Positions 1-10,582 are shown, counted from the stretch's first letter. The stretch: DNA of 48,633 nt from Acidaminococcaceae bacterium (GCA_017460905.1 JAFTZZ010000004.1:1-48633), one strand, 5' to 3'. The notes: generated by a model not told the origin, from the sequence alone. Translations and numbers: made by a program.

Positions 1-428
1 AGGTGGAAAAAGGCAGCCGGGCGCAGCAGGTCATTGAACTGGCGGGCGGCGTGACAGAAGAAGCGGATATGGACAGGGTGAACCTGGCGCAGCTGTGCAG
101 GGACGGAGGGCATATCAAAGTGCCGAGGCTGTCGCAGGCGCGTCTGAAGAAACGGATGCCGGGAGCGAAAAACGGGGAAACAAGAGAAACAAATGTGCAG
201 AAAAATACTGATGTAAACAGGCAACGCCATTTGGAAACAATCACTGTCCATCTTAATTCAGCAACAGAAGCGGAGCTGGAGCAGCTGCCGGGGGTGGGAA
301 AAGCAACGGCACGGCAGATTGTCATGTTCCGCAGTAAAAGCAGCTTTCAAAAACTCGAAGACATCATGCAGGTACCCGGGAGTGGGCCGGCCAAATTTGA
401 AAAGATGAGACCCTATTTAGTGTTGTAG
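1..428 (+). CDS. comEA: ComEA family DNA-binding competence protein (5' truncated by window edge)
   Basis: SLBB-like segment (VIELAGG..DRVNLAQ..DGGHIKVP) and C-terminal HhH motifs (LNSATEAELEQLPGVG, QVPGSG); directly upstream of comEC. Confidence 0.9.
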   Translation, partial: VEKGSRAQQVIELAGGVTEEADMDRVNLAQLCRDGGHIKVPRLSQARLKKRMPGAKNGETRETNVQKNTDVNRQRHLETITVHLNSATEAELEQLPGVGKATARQIVMFRSKSSFQKLEDIMQVPGSGPAKFEKMRPYLVL

Positions 429-464
429 CTGACCAATCGAATCGAATGGGAGGGTGCGTTCAAT

Positions 465-2843
465 TTGTTCAAAAACTGGTTACTGATTTATTTTATCTGT
501 TTCTGCTTGGGGGATATCGGCGCTTTTTATGAAAAACAGAAATTGTTCCATGTGAGTATTTTCGCTTTTGGATTATGGAGTGTTGCCTGCGGATTACTTT
601 TTCTGCTTCGACATTATAATTTGCCGAAATGGGAAAACAGCTTATTATTCAAACCGAAACGGAATGTATGTATCCTGCTGGCCCTGCTCATGCTGCTTTC
701 CGGCTTTCTGGCAGGGAAACGCAATGAAGCGGTGCGCAGCAGGTGGCAGTCGCTGATTGGCAAACAGGTCGTCTTGCAGGGCGCGGTGCAGCCGGACAGC
801 CTGCGCATCAGACAGCAGGGTATCAGCGCTTTGTTCATTGCCGAGAAGCCGTTGCGCGGTAAAGTGAGAATTTTTATCAAAGCAGGTAAAAATACTGACT
901 TGATTGCGCGGAAGCTGCTGACGGAAAAAATACAGGCTGCGGGCGTGCTGAAGGAAGCGGCGTATCTGCTGAACCCCGGCGCCTATGATGGGTACAAGGC
1001 GGACCGGATCCGGGGAATTTACGGGAAGATGGCGGTGCAGTCCGGGCAGGTGAGTAGCACAAACTTGCCGCTGCCGGTTTATCTGCGCTTTGCCGCCTTT
1101 TCACAGAAAATCAGGGAAGGAACGCTTTCGGAACTGCACTCCGGAACGGCTGCCATTTTGCCGGGTATGGTTCTGGGCGGGTATCAGGGCATCGAACCGG
1201 AACTGGCAGATATTTTTCGGGATAACGGCATTGCGCATCTGCTGGCGGTTTCCGGTACTCATGTCGCGTTGCTGGCGCTGTTCCTGCAGGCGCTGTTGCG
1301 TCCGCTGGGAAAGTCCGGCGATTATCTGATCCAGTTGCTTTTGCTTGGGTATGGGCTGATTTGCGGCCTGCAGCCCGGGGTGCTGCGCGCAGTGCTGATG
1401 GCCTGCGTCTTGCTATGGGGACGTCGGCAGCAACGGAGAGCGGACAGCGTTCGCCTGCTTCTGCTGACAGCCTTGCTGCTATTGCTTATCAACCCGTTCT
1501 GGCTGCTGGATATCAGTTATCAGCTGTCCTTTGTCACAACAGCCGGCCTGCTGCTGGCCTGCCCGAAAATTACAGCCCGTGTGCCGGATTTTTTACCGGA
1601 CTGGCTGCGTTCTCTGGCAGGCGTGGCGCTGACGGCGCAGCTCTGCTCGCTGCCGCTATCCGTGTATTATTTTCACCGGATTTCGTTGCTCGGTATCGTT
1701 AGCAATCTCTTTCTGCTGCCGACGCTGGAAGCGGCGGTTCTTTGTTTTCTGATTGGTCTGCTGTGTCTGCCGTTGCTGCCTGTTGTCAGCCATTTGCTCT
1801 TTCCGGCCGCGGAATTTTTGTTACAGGGCGCGGTTTCTGCCGGAATGGTTCTGGCAGGCCTTCCCTTTGCGGCGGTGGACATTTCCGATTGGGGAATTGC
1901 AGGCATGCTTGCGTATTACGGTTTTTTGGCAGCTTTTTTGAATTTGGGGCCGTTCCTTCGCCTTTCATCGCAGCAGCGAAAGCAGTGGCTTCTGCTGATG
2001 GCTGCGGTTTTTCTTTTGCTTTCCGGAATGAAATATTGCGCTGCCCAAAACCTGACCGTTTATTTTATGGATGTGGGGCAGGGTGACGCAGCGCTGATCC
2101 GGACGCCCGCCGGGAAAAATATTCTGATCGACACAGGCGGACTGCAGGGCGAGGCGGATATTTCCCGCATGGTGCTGCTTCCCTGTCTGCGCTATTTGGG
2201 CGTGAAGCAGATCGATCTGCTGTGCCTGAGCCACGGCGATCACGATCATGCCGGAGGCGCGGCAGGACTGGCAGCAAAACTGCCGGTAAAGAATCTGTTT
2301 TTAGGATGTGCAACGGAAAATTCGGAAGATGTGACGCGTTTATTGCGTGAAGTTCGTAACAAAACGGACATACGTTACCTGCATAAGGGAGAAAAGTGGC
2401 GCATCGGCGACTGCGAGATAACAGTGGCGTCGGCTGAGCCGGGGACAACGGCAGCGCCGGGCGTGACGGAAACCAACAGCGCTTCCCTGGTGCTGCAGCT
2501 TTCCTGCCAGGGGCATTCGCTGGTGTTTACCGGCGACGCCGATACGGATACCGAAGAAAGGGCGATTCCGCTTTTGCGTAAGACAGACGTTTTAAAAATC
2601 AGCCACCATGGCGCGGATACATCTTCTTCGCCGTATTTTTTGCAGCACATTAAGCCGCGTTTTGGTATCATTTCTGTCGGAAACGAAAACCGTTACGGAC
2701 ACCCGGGCAAAGGCACGTTGGAACGGCTGGCGTCAGAGGGTATTGTGACTTTGCGCACAGACCGGCTGGGCGCAATTAAAGTTGTATTTAAAAACGACGG
2801 GCCCCGCTGGTACAGCTACCGTTATCAGGGAAATCAATTTTAA
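465..2843 (+). CDS. comEC: DNA internalization competence protein ComEC/Rec2
   Basis: Multi-TM protein with GIAHLLAVSGTHV motif and C-terminal metallo-beta-lactamase domain (DVGQGDA, DTGG, SHGDHDH, GDA, SHHG, NRYGHP); TTG start after GGGAGG RBS. Confidence 0.95.
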   Translation: MFKNWLLIYFICFCLGDIGAFYEKQKLFHVSIFAFGLWSVACGLLFLLRHYNLPKWENSLLFKPKRNVCILLALLMLLSGFLAGKRNEAVRSRWQSLIGKQVVLQGAVQPDSLRIRQQGISALFIAEKPLRGKVRIFIKAGKNTDLIARKLLTEKIQAAGVLKEAAYLLNPGAYDGYKADRIRGIYGKMAVQSGQVSSTNLPLPVYLRFAAFSQKIREGTLSELHSGTAAILPGMVLGGYQGIEPELADIFRDNGIAHLLAVSGTHVALLALFLQALLRPLGKSGDYLIQLLLLGYGLICGLQPGVLRAVLMACVLLWGRRQQRRADSVRLLLLTALLLLLINPFWLLDISYQLSFVTTAGLLLACPKITARVPDFLPDWLRSLAGVALTAQLCSLPLSVYYFHRISLLGIVSNLFLLPTLEAAVLCFLIGLLCLPLLPVVSHLLFPAAEFLLQGAVSAGMVLAGLPFAAVDISDWGIAGMLAYYGFLAAFLNLGPFLRLSSQQRKQWLLLMAAVFLLLSGMKYCAAQNLTVYFMDVGQGDAALIRTPAGKNILIDTGGLQGEADISRMVLLPCLRYLGVKQIDLLCLSHGDHDHAGGAAGLAAKLPVKNLFLGCATENSEDVTRLLREVRNKTDIRYLHKGEKWRIGDCEITVASAEPGTTAAPGVTETNSASLVLQLSCQGHSLVFTGDADTDTEERAIPLLRKTDVLKISHHGADTSSSPYFLQHIKPRFGIISVGNENRYGHPGKGTLERLASEGIVTLRTDRLGAIKVVFKNDGPRWYSYRYQGNQF

Positions 2844-2999
2844 ATCATTGAGGTTCATGGTATAATAAATCAAAACATACATTTTTTGGGTAATCGATAA
2901 GAGTTTTTACTCTGACAGAAACAATCCGACAGGAAATTGCTGAGATGAGGAAAAGAAAGAAATTTTCTTTATGAAGATTCAGATGAAGGAGGAGCCGCG

Positions 3000-3260
3000 G
3001 TGGAACCGGTAAAGCGAAACAGGAAATCATTGAAAGAAATTACAATTGAAATAGATACGGACTTTATTCCGGCTGTTGCCCTGCTGAAATTAGCCGGCGT
3101 GGTGGAAAGCGGTGGCCAGGCTTCCCTTGCGGTAGAACAGGGACACATAACCATGGACGGCGTAGTGTTACAAGAAAAAAGGAAAAAAATCAGGCCCGGA
3201 AGCACTGTGGTTTTTAACAATCAGGTTGCAATTCACGTAACCGGCGCGGCAAAGGCGTAA
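3000..3260 (+). CDS. S4-domain RNA-binding protein (YaaA/YbcJ-like)
   Basis: LLKLAGVVESGGQA...KRKKIRPG S4 pattern; AGGAGG RBS before GTG; extended -10 TGGTATAAT at 2858-2866. Confidence 0.85.
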   Translation: MEPVKRNRKSLKEITIEIDTDFIPAVALLKLAGVVESGGQASLAVEQGHITMDGVVLQEKRKKIRPGSTVVFNNQVAIHVTGAAKA

Positions 3261-3287
3261 CCGGAATTCCTACGGAGACACACACCC

Positions 3288-4373
3288 ATGAAAGCAAAAT
3301 CTTCCGGACTGGCTCCGGACATCTTCATAAAACAGCTGGAAAACGGATCCGTTCCTACAGTGGTCTGCATTGTCGGGGAAGAGCCCTACTACAGGGATTT
3401 GGTGCGCCGCACACTGCTGGACACCCTTTTTGCGGATGTTCCTCAGGACAGCCGGGACATTACCGTCTTCGAAGAAAAGACGGATATGAAAAAGCTGGAA
3501 ACCCTGATCAATACCTATCCGTTCTTCAGCGGCAGGACCGTTGCGCTGATTACAGACAGGGAACTGCTAAACCCTAAATCGGAAGCGGAAAACAAAAAGC
3601 CGAAAGCCGCCGGCAAAGGAAAAAGCAAGGAAGTATCCTTATCCAAACAGGAGCTGCTGCAGAAAATGCTGGGGGATGTGCCGGATTTTTGTACGGTCAT
3701 CCTGCAAACGGAAAAGATGGACGGGCGCCAGAAATTCACTAAATTCCTGCAGAAGGAAACTGTATTTGTGGACTGTTCCCCTGTGGATTCCCGGTATCTG
3801 CCGGCGTGGCTTGCGCGGCAGGCGGAACGCAAAGGCGGCAGCCTGACCCGGGAGGCGGTCCAGCGGATCCAGGAATATCTGGCCACCGTAGACAATCCGC
3901 CCTTACAGCTGTTGGCAGCGGAAGTGGAAAAGATTGCCATCTATGCTGGAGACCGGAAGAAATGGACCGCGGATGATGTGGACCTGCTTTTTTCTGCGTT
4001 GCCGGAAATCGGAGCGTTTGCCCTGAATAACGCGATAACTTCCAAAAATACAGTGCTGGCGTTACAGCTGCTGGCGGAAGAACAGAAAAAGAATACGTAT
4101 TTGCCGCTGTTGGCGGCCAAACTGCTGGCGCATCTGCGCAATATCCTGATGGTCAAGGAAGGAGAGCGGCTTGGCCTGTCGGCCAGCCGGATTGCCGCGG
4201 AGTCTCATAAGGCGCCCTTCCTGATTTCCATGTGGCAGCGGGACGGTGCGCGTTTCAACGAGACGCGTCTGCGGGGCGCGATCCAGTCGCTGGATCAAAT
4301 GGTGGCGGAGGTGAGCCTGGGCGGACGGCAGTTTGACAGGCTGGAAGAAATTATTGCGATTTTGTGCGCATAA
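3288..4373 (+). CDS. holA: DNA polymerase III subunit delta
   Basis: GEEPY, PFFSGR, EVEKIAIY motifs; conserved position downstream of comEC. Confidence 0.9.
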   Translation: MKAKSSGLAPDIFIKQLENGSVPTVVCIVGEEPYYRDLVRRTLLDTLFADVPQDSRDITVFEEKTDMKKLETLINTYPFFSGRTVALITDRELLNPKSEAENKKPKAAGKGKSKEVSLSKQELLQKMLGDVPDFCTVILQTEKMDGRQKFTKFLQKETVFVDCSPVDSRYLPAWLARQAERKGGSLTREAVQRIQEYLATVDNPPLQLLAAEVEKIAIYAGDRKKWTADDVDLLFSALPEIGAFALNNAITSKNTVLALQLLAEEQKKNTYLPLLAAKLLAHLRNILMVKEGERLGLSASRIAAESHKAPFLISMWQRDGARFNETRLRGAIQSLDQMVAEVSLGGRQFDRLEEIIAILCA

Positions 4374-4399
4374 ACAGCGCAGTTTTGAAAGCGGTTCCA

Positions 4400-4428
4400 T
4401 AGACATTTTTATCGCCTTTTGGTAAAAT
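4400..4428 (+). promoter_or_regulatory. sigma-A-type promoter for glnA
   Basis: TAGACA-17nt-TAAAAT with TG extension. Confidence 0.6.
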
Positions 4429-4544
4429 ATTATTTATGAGGATGGCTGTTGCGGATACTGGCTTTTCCGCAGGAAACGGCCTGCAATGACACCATTGTTT
4501 TTTAAATGAAGTAAAGGGGGAAGGCGGGGCTCCGCCGGCGCATT

Positions 4545-6449
4545 ATGGGAAAAAGTGAATTGCTTTATGTAATCAAACCGTCACAACAGACAAAAGAAAC
4601 CCTTCTGCAGTTATTAGCCGATCACAAGGAAGTACAGTTTGTATCCCTGATGGGCGTGGATCTGGCAGGAAACGATACGGATGAAAAAATTCCTGTCAAT
4701 ATTTTTTTGCATGACATTGACAAATTTCTGACCGGCAGCGCTGCCCAGACGGACGGTTCTTCCGTAGTGCTTCCCGGTATCGCGACGCTGAATGACGCCC
4801 GTGTGGATATGGAAGTGGACCGGGATGTCAACTGGTACGTGGATTACAATTACGAACATTTTGACGAAAAGGGGCGGATGGTCGGCACGCTGCGCATGCC
4901 CTGCTTCCTGACCCATAACGGGGACTATGTGGATTCCCGTTCGATCCTGAAAAAATCGCTGCAGTATGTGGAGAACGAGCTGCTGGCGCTGATGAAAAAA
5001 TATCCGCAGATGCCGGGGCTGGAAAATATTGATGTAAAGGAAATCGACCACCTGATCTTCACTACGGCAACCGAGTTGGAATTCTGGGTGAAATCCCCCC
5101 GGGAAAATTCGCCGATCGAAGCGCTGTCTTCGTCCCAGGTGATGCAGGAGATGTACTGGCAGCGCACCCGCGGCAACGTGCGCACAGCGCTGGAGCAGAC
5201 CATAGAGATGCTGGAGCTGTACGGACTGGAACCGGAGATGGGGCATAAAGAGTGCGGCGGTGTCAAAGGGCAGATTGATTCTTCCGGCCACATGACACAC
5301 ATCAACGAGCAGCTGGAGGTTGACTGGAAATATAACGTAGGCCTGCAGACGGCGGATAACGAGATTCTGGCCCGTATCGTCGTGAAAGAAATCTTCCGCC
5401 AGAACGGTCTGGATATTTCCTTCCAGGCGAAGCCGATACCGGGCGTTGCCGGCAGCGGCGAGCACACTCATGTAGGCATTGCCGCAAAAATGCGGAACGG
5501 CAAGGTGGTTAACCTGTTTGCGCCTGCGGATATGCATAAGGATTTCCTGTCCGCTATCGGGTATGGCGCCGTCATGGGCATCATGAAAAACTACGAAGCC
5601 GTCAATCCGTTCATTTCCGCGACGACAGACGCGTTCAACCGGCTGAAGCCCGGCTTTGAAGCGCCGGTCTGCGTAGTCACTTCGCTGGGGCTGGCGCCGG
5701 ATATCCCGTCACGTAACCGTACGATTCTGGCGGGCCTGATCCGCGATCTGGACAATCCGCTGGCTACCCGTATTGAAATGCGTTCCCCGAATCCGTACAC
5801 AAACACCTACATTGCCATTGCGGCATTCTATCTGGCGGCGCTGGATGGGATCAAAGCCTGCGTGTCCAGCAGGAAGACGTTGGCCCAGCTGGAAAAGGAA
5901 ATTTCCAAGAAGGCCGGACAAAAAGGTTTCTATCTGGAAAAAGACAGGGAATACCGTACCGAAGAAGATGTATTTGAAGACTTTACGGCAGAAGAACGCA
6001 GCAGGCTGTTTGGAGAACCGCCGGCAACGGTCTGGGAGAATCTGCGCAACTGGGAGCGGTTCCCGGAAAAGAAAAAAGTTATTATGGAAGGCGGCATTTT
6101 TGACGAAGCTGTTATCCGTTCCTTTGCGGAAGGCGCGCTGATCCGCTGGAGGACAGAGCTGCTGAACCGGCTGATCCCGGAAGTCCGCGCTGATGTAATT
6201 GCGGCGAAAAAGCTGCATGATGCGAATACCGGTACGGCCTTTGACAATGCTGCGTGGAAAAAAGTGCAGGCCGTCCGGGACAGGCTGGCAAAAGATTCGG
6301 CGAAAGCGCCTTGTATCTTTACGGAGATAAGGAACGCGATTGCCGCGGCAGATTATGATACTGTTTCCGAAAAGTTTTTGGAAATGCAGAAGCTGAAGGA
6401 TCAATTGTATAATCTGTATCACGATTATAAGCAGAATATTATTGACTGA
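4545..6449 (+). CDS. glnA: Glutamine synthetase (long, ~630 aa clostridial type)
   Basis: TDGSSV, TELEF, HKE, QLE, GSGEHTH, NRLKPGFEAP, RNR, RIEMRSP catalytic motifs. Confidence 0.85.
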   Translation: MGKSELLYVIKPSQQTKETLLQLLADHKEVQFVSLMGVDLAGNDTDEKIPVNIFLHDIDKFLTGSAAQTDGSSVVLPGIATLNDARVDMEVDRDVNWYVDYNYEHFDEKGRMVGTLRMPCFLTHNGDYVDSRSILKKSLQYVENELLALMKKYPQMPGLENIDVKEIDHLIFTTATELEFWVKSPRENSPIEALSSSQVMQEMYWQRTRGNVRTALEQTIEMLELYGLEPEMGHKECGGVKGQIDSSGHMTHINEQLEVDWKYNVGLQTADNEILARIVVKEIFRQNGLDISFQAKPIPGVAGSGEHTHVGIAAKMRNGKVVNLFAPADMHKDFLSAIGYGAVMGIMKNYEAVNPFISATTDAFNRLKPGFEAPVCVVTSLGLAPDIPSRNRTILAGLIRDLDNPLATRIEMRSPNPYTNTYIAIAAFYLAALDGIKACVSSRKTLAQLEKEISKKAGQKGFYLEKDREYRTEEDVFEDFTAEERSRLFGEPPATVWENLRNWERFPEKKKVIMEGGIFDEAVIRSFAEGALIRWRTELLNRLIPEVRADVIAAKKLHDANTGTAFDNAAWKKVQAVRDRLAKDSAKAPCIFTEIRNAIAAADYDTVSEKFLEMQKLKDQLYNLYHDYKQNIID

Positions 6450-6503
6450 TTTATAATTACGATGTTTATTGTGAATCCTTTGTGATTTTTTGGCGTGTTG
6501 CTG

Positions 6504-6538
6504 TTGTCTTATAAGTAGACTTGTGATAAAATACATAA
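6504..6538 (+). promoter_or_regulatory. Promoter with overlapping candidate Rex operator
   Basis: TTGTCT-17-TAAAAT with TG extension; TTGTGATAAAATACATAA (6521-6538) is 3 mismatches from TTGTGAAnnnnTTCACAA. Confidence 0.45.
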
Positions 6539-6619
6539 AGTATTTGACTGGGCATTCAGTTTTTGCTATTGTTTAATTGCAAAAAGAATATAAAGAATAC
6601 CGTATTTAGGAGGATGACA

Positions 6620-7759
6620 ATGAATTTTGCGTTTACGGAAGAACAGCTCGAATTGCAGGAAATGGTGCGCGAGTTTGTTGAGAAGGAGATAACTCCCATC
6701 GCCGGGGAAATGGATGCGGAAAACGCAACCCGCCCGGAACTGTTTAAGATGGCTGCTGACATGGGACTGTTGAATGTTATCGTTCCGGAAGAATACGGTG
6801 GATTAGGCCTGGACAGCGTTACTGTAGCTATGATGTACGAAGAACTGGGCAAAGGCTGCGCCGGTGTGGCGACTTCCATGGCTGCGAATTCCCTGGCTAC
6901 GGCTCCCGTCCTGATTGCAGGTACTGACGAGCAAAAACGCCTGTGGTGCGATGTACTGAACGACGGCGGCCTGGCTGCGTTTGCGCTGACAGAACCCGGC
7001 GCCGGCTCCGATGCCGGCGGTGTATCAACCCGCGCTGTACATGATAAGGAAAATAAAACGTATACATTAAATGGCACAAAAGCCTTTATCACTAACGGCG
7101 GTATTGCGGACATTTACCTGATTTTCGCGAATACCCGTAAAGACGGCGGTATCCGCGGCCTGACGGCGTTTATCGTACCGAAAGGAACCCCCGGCTTTAA
7201 GGTTGGCCGCAAGGAAGATAAAATGGGTATCCGACCTTCCAACACCTGCGAACTGATCCTGGACAACGTAGTGATTCCGGAAGCAAACCGTGTCGGCAGG
7301 GAAGGACAGGGCTTCCGTATTGCCATGCAGACGCTGGATTCGGCCCGTCCGTTCGTAGGCGCCGTTTCCGTAGGTCTGGCGCAGGCTGCGTTGGACGTTG
7401 CCGTTGCCTATGCCAAGGAACGCAAGCAGTTTGGACAGCCTATCGCTTCTTTTGAAATGATCCAGGAAATGGTCGCTGACATGGCGATGAAGATTGACGC
7501 AGCCCGCCTGCTGGTTTACCGTGCCTGCGCGATGCGGGATGAAGGTGTGGTATTTACCAAGGAAGCTGCTATGGCCAAGTGCTTTGCCGCGGATACGGCG
7601 ATGGAAGTTACAACTAATGCAGTGCAGATCATGGGCGGCTATGGGTATTCCAAAGAAAATCCTGCGGAAAAACGCATGCGTGATGCCAAGATCATGCAAA
7701 TTTATGAAGGGACCAACCAGATCCAGCGTCTGGTTATTGCCAATAAAGTAATGTATTAA
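6620..7759 (+). CDS. Acyl-CoA dehydrogenase (butyryl-CoA dehydrogenase-like)
   Basis: FALTEPGAGSD, LNGTKAFITNG, RKQFG, QIMGGYGY, IYEGTNQIQR; ATG 6620 follows AGGAGG. Confidence 0.92.
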   Translation: MNFAFTEEQLELQEMVREFVEKEITPIAGEMDAENATRPELFKMAADMGLLNVIVPEEYGGLGLDSVTVAMMYEELGKGCAGVATSMAANSLATAPVLIAGTDEQKRLWCDVLNDGGLAAFALTEPGAGSDAGGVSTRAVHDKENKTYTLNGTKAFITNGGIADIYLIFANTRKDGGIRGLTAFIVPKGTPGFKVGRKEDKMGIRPSNTCELILDNVVIPEANRVGREGQGFRIAMQTLDSARPFVGAVSVGLAQAALDVAVAYAKERKQFGQPIASFEMIQEMVADMAMKIDAARLLVYRACAMRDEGVVFTKEAAMAKCFAADTAMEVTTNAVQIMGGYGYSKENPAEKRMRDAKIMQIYEGTNQIQRLVIANKVMY

Positions 7760-7773
7760 TTTGTGCGATGCTG

Positions 7774-7806
7774 CCCCGTTGCCTGCTGACAGGCAGCGGG
7801 GTTTTT
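7774..7806 (+). terminator. Intrinsic terminator
   Basis: CCCCGTTGCCTG/CAGGCAGCGGGG stem followed by TTTTT. Confidence 0.8.
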
Positions 7807-7901
7807 GTTATAATAATACTGATGTTATTCGTAAAAAGATTTGTTGCAGCCATATCAATCCGGTTGGGAAGGCAAATCTGAAACTGTTCCGGGGAGAAGT
7901 T

Positions 7902-8345
7902 ATGATTTTAGTCTGGTTGTCTTTTCTTGTGCTGGCGCTTGACCGGGTTACCAAGATGGCTGTTGCTTCCAAAATGGCAGAAGGGGAAAGCATCCCTGTT
8001 ATTGAAAATATTTTCCATCTGACCTATGTGTTAAACCCGGGGGCGGCATTTGGCATGCTGCCGCATAACAGGACATTTTTTCTGGTAATCGGCACTGCTG
8101 CCGTGTTGGCAATCCTGTGGATGCGGAAGGAGATACTGGCGGAAGGCTGGCGCGTGCGAACCGGCATGGCCCTGTTTCTGGGCGGCGCGCTGGGAAATTT
8201 ATGGGACCGTGTGCAAACCGGATTGGTGATAGACTTTTTTGATTTTCGCGTCTGGCCCGTATTCAATGTTGCGGATATCGCGATCTGTGCAGGAGTAGGT
8301 CTGATTTTATGGGATATGATACAGAACAAAGCCTGGGAAAATTGA
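7902..8345 (+). CDS. lspA: Lipoprotein signal peptidase II
   Basis: NPGAAFG, GGALGNLWDR, VIDF, FNVAD; ATG 7902 after GGGGAG RBS. Confidence 0.95.
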   Translation: MILVWLSFLVLALDRVTKMAVASKMAEGESIPVIENIFHLTYVLNPGAAFGMLPHNRTFFLVIGTAAVLAILWMRKEILAEGWRVRTGMALFLGGALGNLWDRVQTGLVIDFFDFRVWPVFNVADIAICAGVGLILWDMIQNKAWEN

Positions 8346-9340
8346 AAGCGGAAAAGCAAGTGTTACCGGAAGAAAATCTGCCGGACGGGGAGGAATACAC
8401 CGCAGACGGGGATGATTCTTCTGAAGAAATTCTTCAGTTTACTGTTGCTGACGGGGAAGTTGGCAAACGGGCTGATGTTTATTTCGCGGGAGCGCTGGAC
8501 AGCACCCGTTCCCATGTTCAGATACTGTTGAATGACGGACGCGCCGTGAAAGGCGGTAAAGCCGTCAAGCCAAATTACAGGGTTAAGGCTGGCGATGTTT
8601 TTCAGGTGACGCTGCCGCGTGCGATTCCGCTGGAAGCAGAGCCGGAAAATATTCCGCTGGACATTATCTATGAAGATGAAGATGTTATTGTTTTGAATAA
8701 AGAACGGGGGATGGTGGTGCATCCCGCACCGGGCCATTCTTCCGGAACGCTGGTAAATGCATTACTGTTTCACTGCAGGAATTTATCGGGCATCAACGGC
8801 GTGATCCGTCCGGGCATTGTCCACCGGCTGGACAAGGATACCAGCGGGATCATGATTGCGGCGAAGAACGATGAGGCGCATTATTCCTTGTCGAAACAGA
8901 TTCAGGATAAAACGGCAAAACGCACGTATTTGTGTGTTGTGAGAGGTAATATAAAAACAGATTCCGGTATTATCGAAACCCGGATAGACCGCGATAAAAA
9001 TGACCGTAAACGCATGGCTGTGGTCAAAGATAGTGGACGGGACGCGGTGACGGAGTATGAGGTGCTGGAACGGTTTGGACGTTTTACGCTAGTCCGTTGC
9101 CGGTTACGGACCGGGCGCACCCATCAGATCCGTGTCCATATGGAATATCTGGGCTATCCCCTGGTTGGCGATCCGAAGTATTCGCCTATGAAAGTGCCTT
9201 TCTCGATAACTGGACAGGCGCTGCATTCCCAGACGTTGGAGTTTGTCCATCCGCGGACCGGGGAACGGATGTATTTTGAAGCCCCTGTACCGGAGGATAT
9301 GCAGAAAATCCTGACCCGGTTGCGTAACGGGCAGTTTTAG
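8309..9340 (+). CDS. rluD: RluA/RluD family pseudouridine synthase (start uncertain, may be 8342 or 8360)
   Basis: S4 domain, GMVVHP, HRLDKDTSG, TGRTHQIRVH; lspA-rluD-pyrR synteny. Confidence 0.9.
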   Translation: MGYDTEQSLGKLKAEKQVLPEENLPDGEEYTADGDDSSEEILQFTVADGEVGKRADVYFAGALDSTRSHVQILLNDGRAVKGGKAVKPNYRVKAGDVFQVTLPRAIPLEAEPENIPLDIIYEDEDVIVLNKERGMVVHPAPGHSSGTLVNALLFHCRNLSGINGVIRPGIVHRLDKDTSGIMIAAKNDEAHYSLSKQIQDKTAKRTYLCVVRGNIKTDSGIIETRIDRDKNDRKRMAVVKDSGRDAVTEYEVLERFGRFTLVRCRLRTGRTHQIRVHMEYLGYPLVGDPKYSPMKVPFSITGQALHSQTLEFVHPRTGERMYFEAPVPEDMQKILTRLRNGQF

Positions 9341-10021
<681 letters not shown>

Positions 10022-10119
10022 ATCTGTATTCTATTTTAAATGAAGTTTTTACGTTTTTGTGCTATAATACATTTCGCAGGAAATAATCAGATTCAAAACT
10101 TTTAACTTTGGAGGTTCTT

Positions 10120-10575
10120 ATGAAAAGAGTTTCAGTTTTTGCGTTGTCACTGTTGACTGTACTCATGACCATGCTGTCCGCTGTTGCTTTTGCGGCTACC
10201 GGTGATGAAAATCCTTATAAAAACCATTATGTAAAGGAAGCACAGGCGATTCGTAAGCAGGGGACAGCAAAAGTTGTGTATCAGTTTATGACCAGAGACA
10301 ACAGGCCTCTTCCCGGTGTAATTATGCTTTATAATACCACACAGGCTAAAGGCCAGGAAGGTGTTGCTGATGAAAACGGTATGGTAATATTCGAAGTTAA
10401 GGATTCAGAGGTGTTTTTTATCCATCATATCATTTTCGGCGACCGGATTTTGCCGGTGCAGGGTGGTTCGCAGGTAAATATGGTCGAAAAACTGGATATA
10501 CGTAAAGGCACTGTATTTTGGAATTGTATTGTACAATACGGGAACAAGGCGTTCATGAGCTATCGTGGCAATTAA
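10120..10575 (+). CDS. Hypothetical exported protein with Sec-type signal peptide
   Basis: GGAGG RBS; MKR + hydrophobic stretch ending AVAFA/A; own extended -10 (TGCTATAAT 10060-10068) and terminator. Confidence 0.75.
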   Translation: MKRVSVFALSLLTVLMTMLSAVAFAATGDENPYKNHYVKEAQAIRKQGTAKVVYQFMTRDNRPLPGVIMLYNTTQAKGQEGVADENGMVIFEVKDSEVFFIHHIIFGDRILPVQGGSQVNMVEKLDIRKGTVFWNCIVQYGNKAFMSYRGN

Positions 10576-10582
10576 TCATTAA

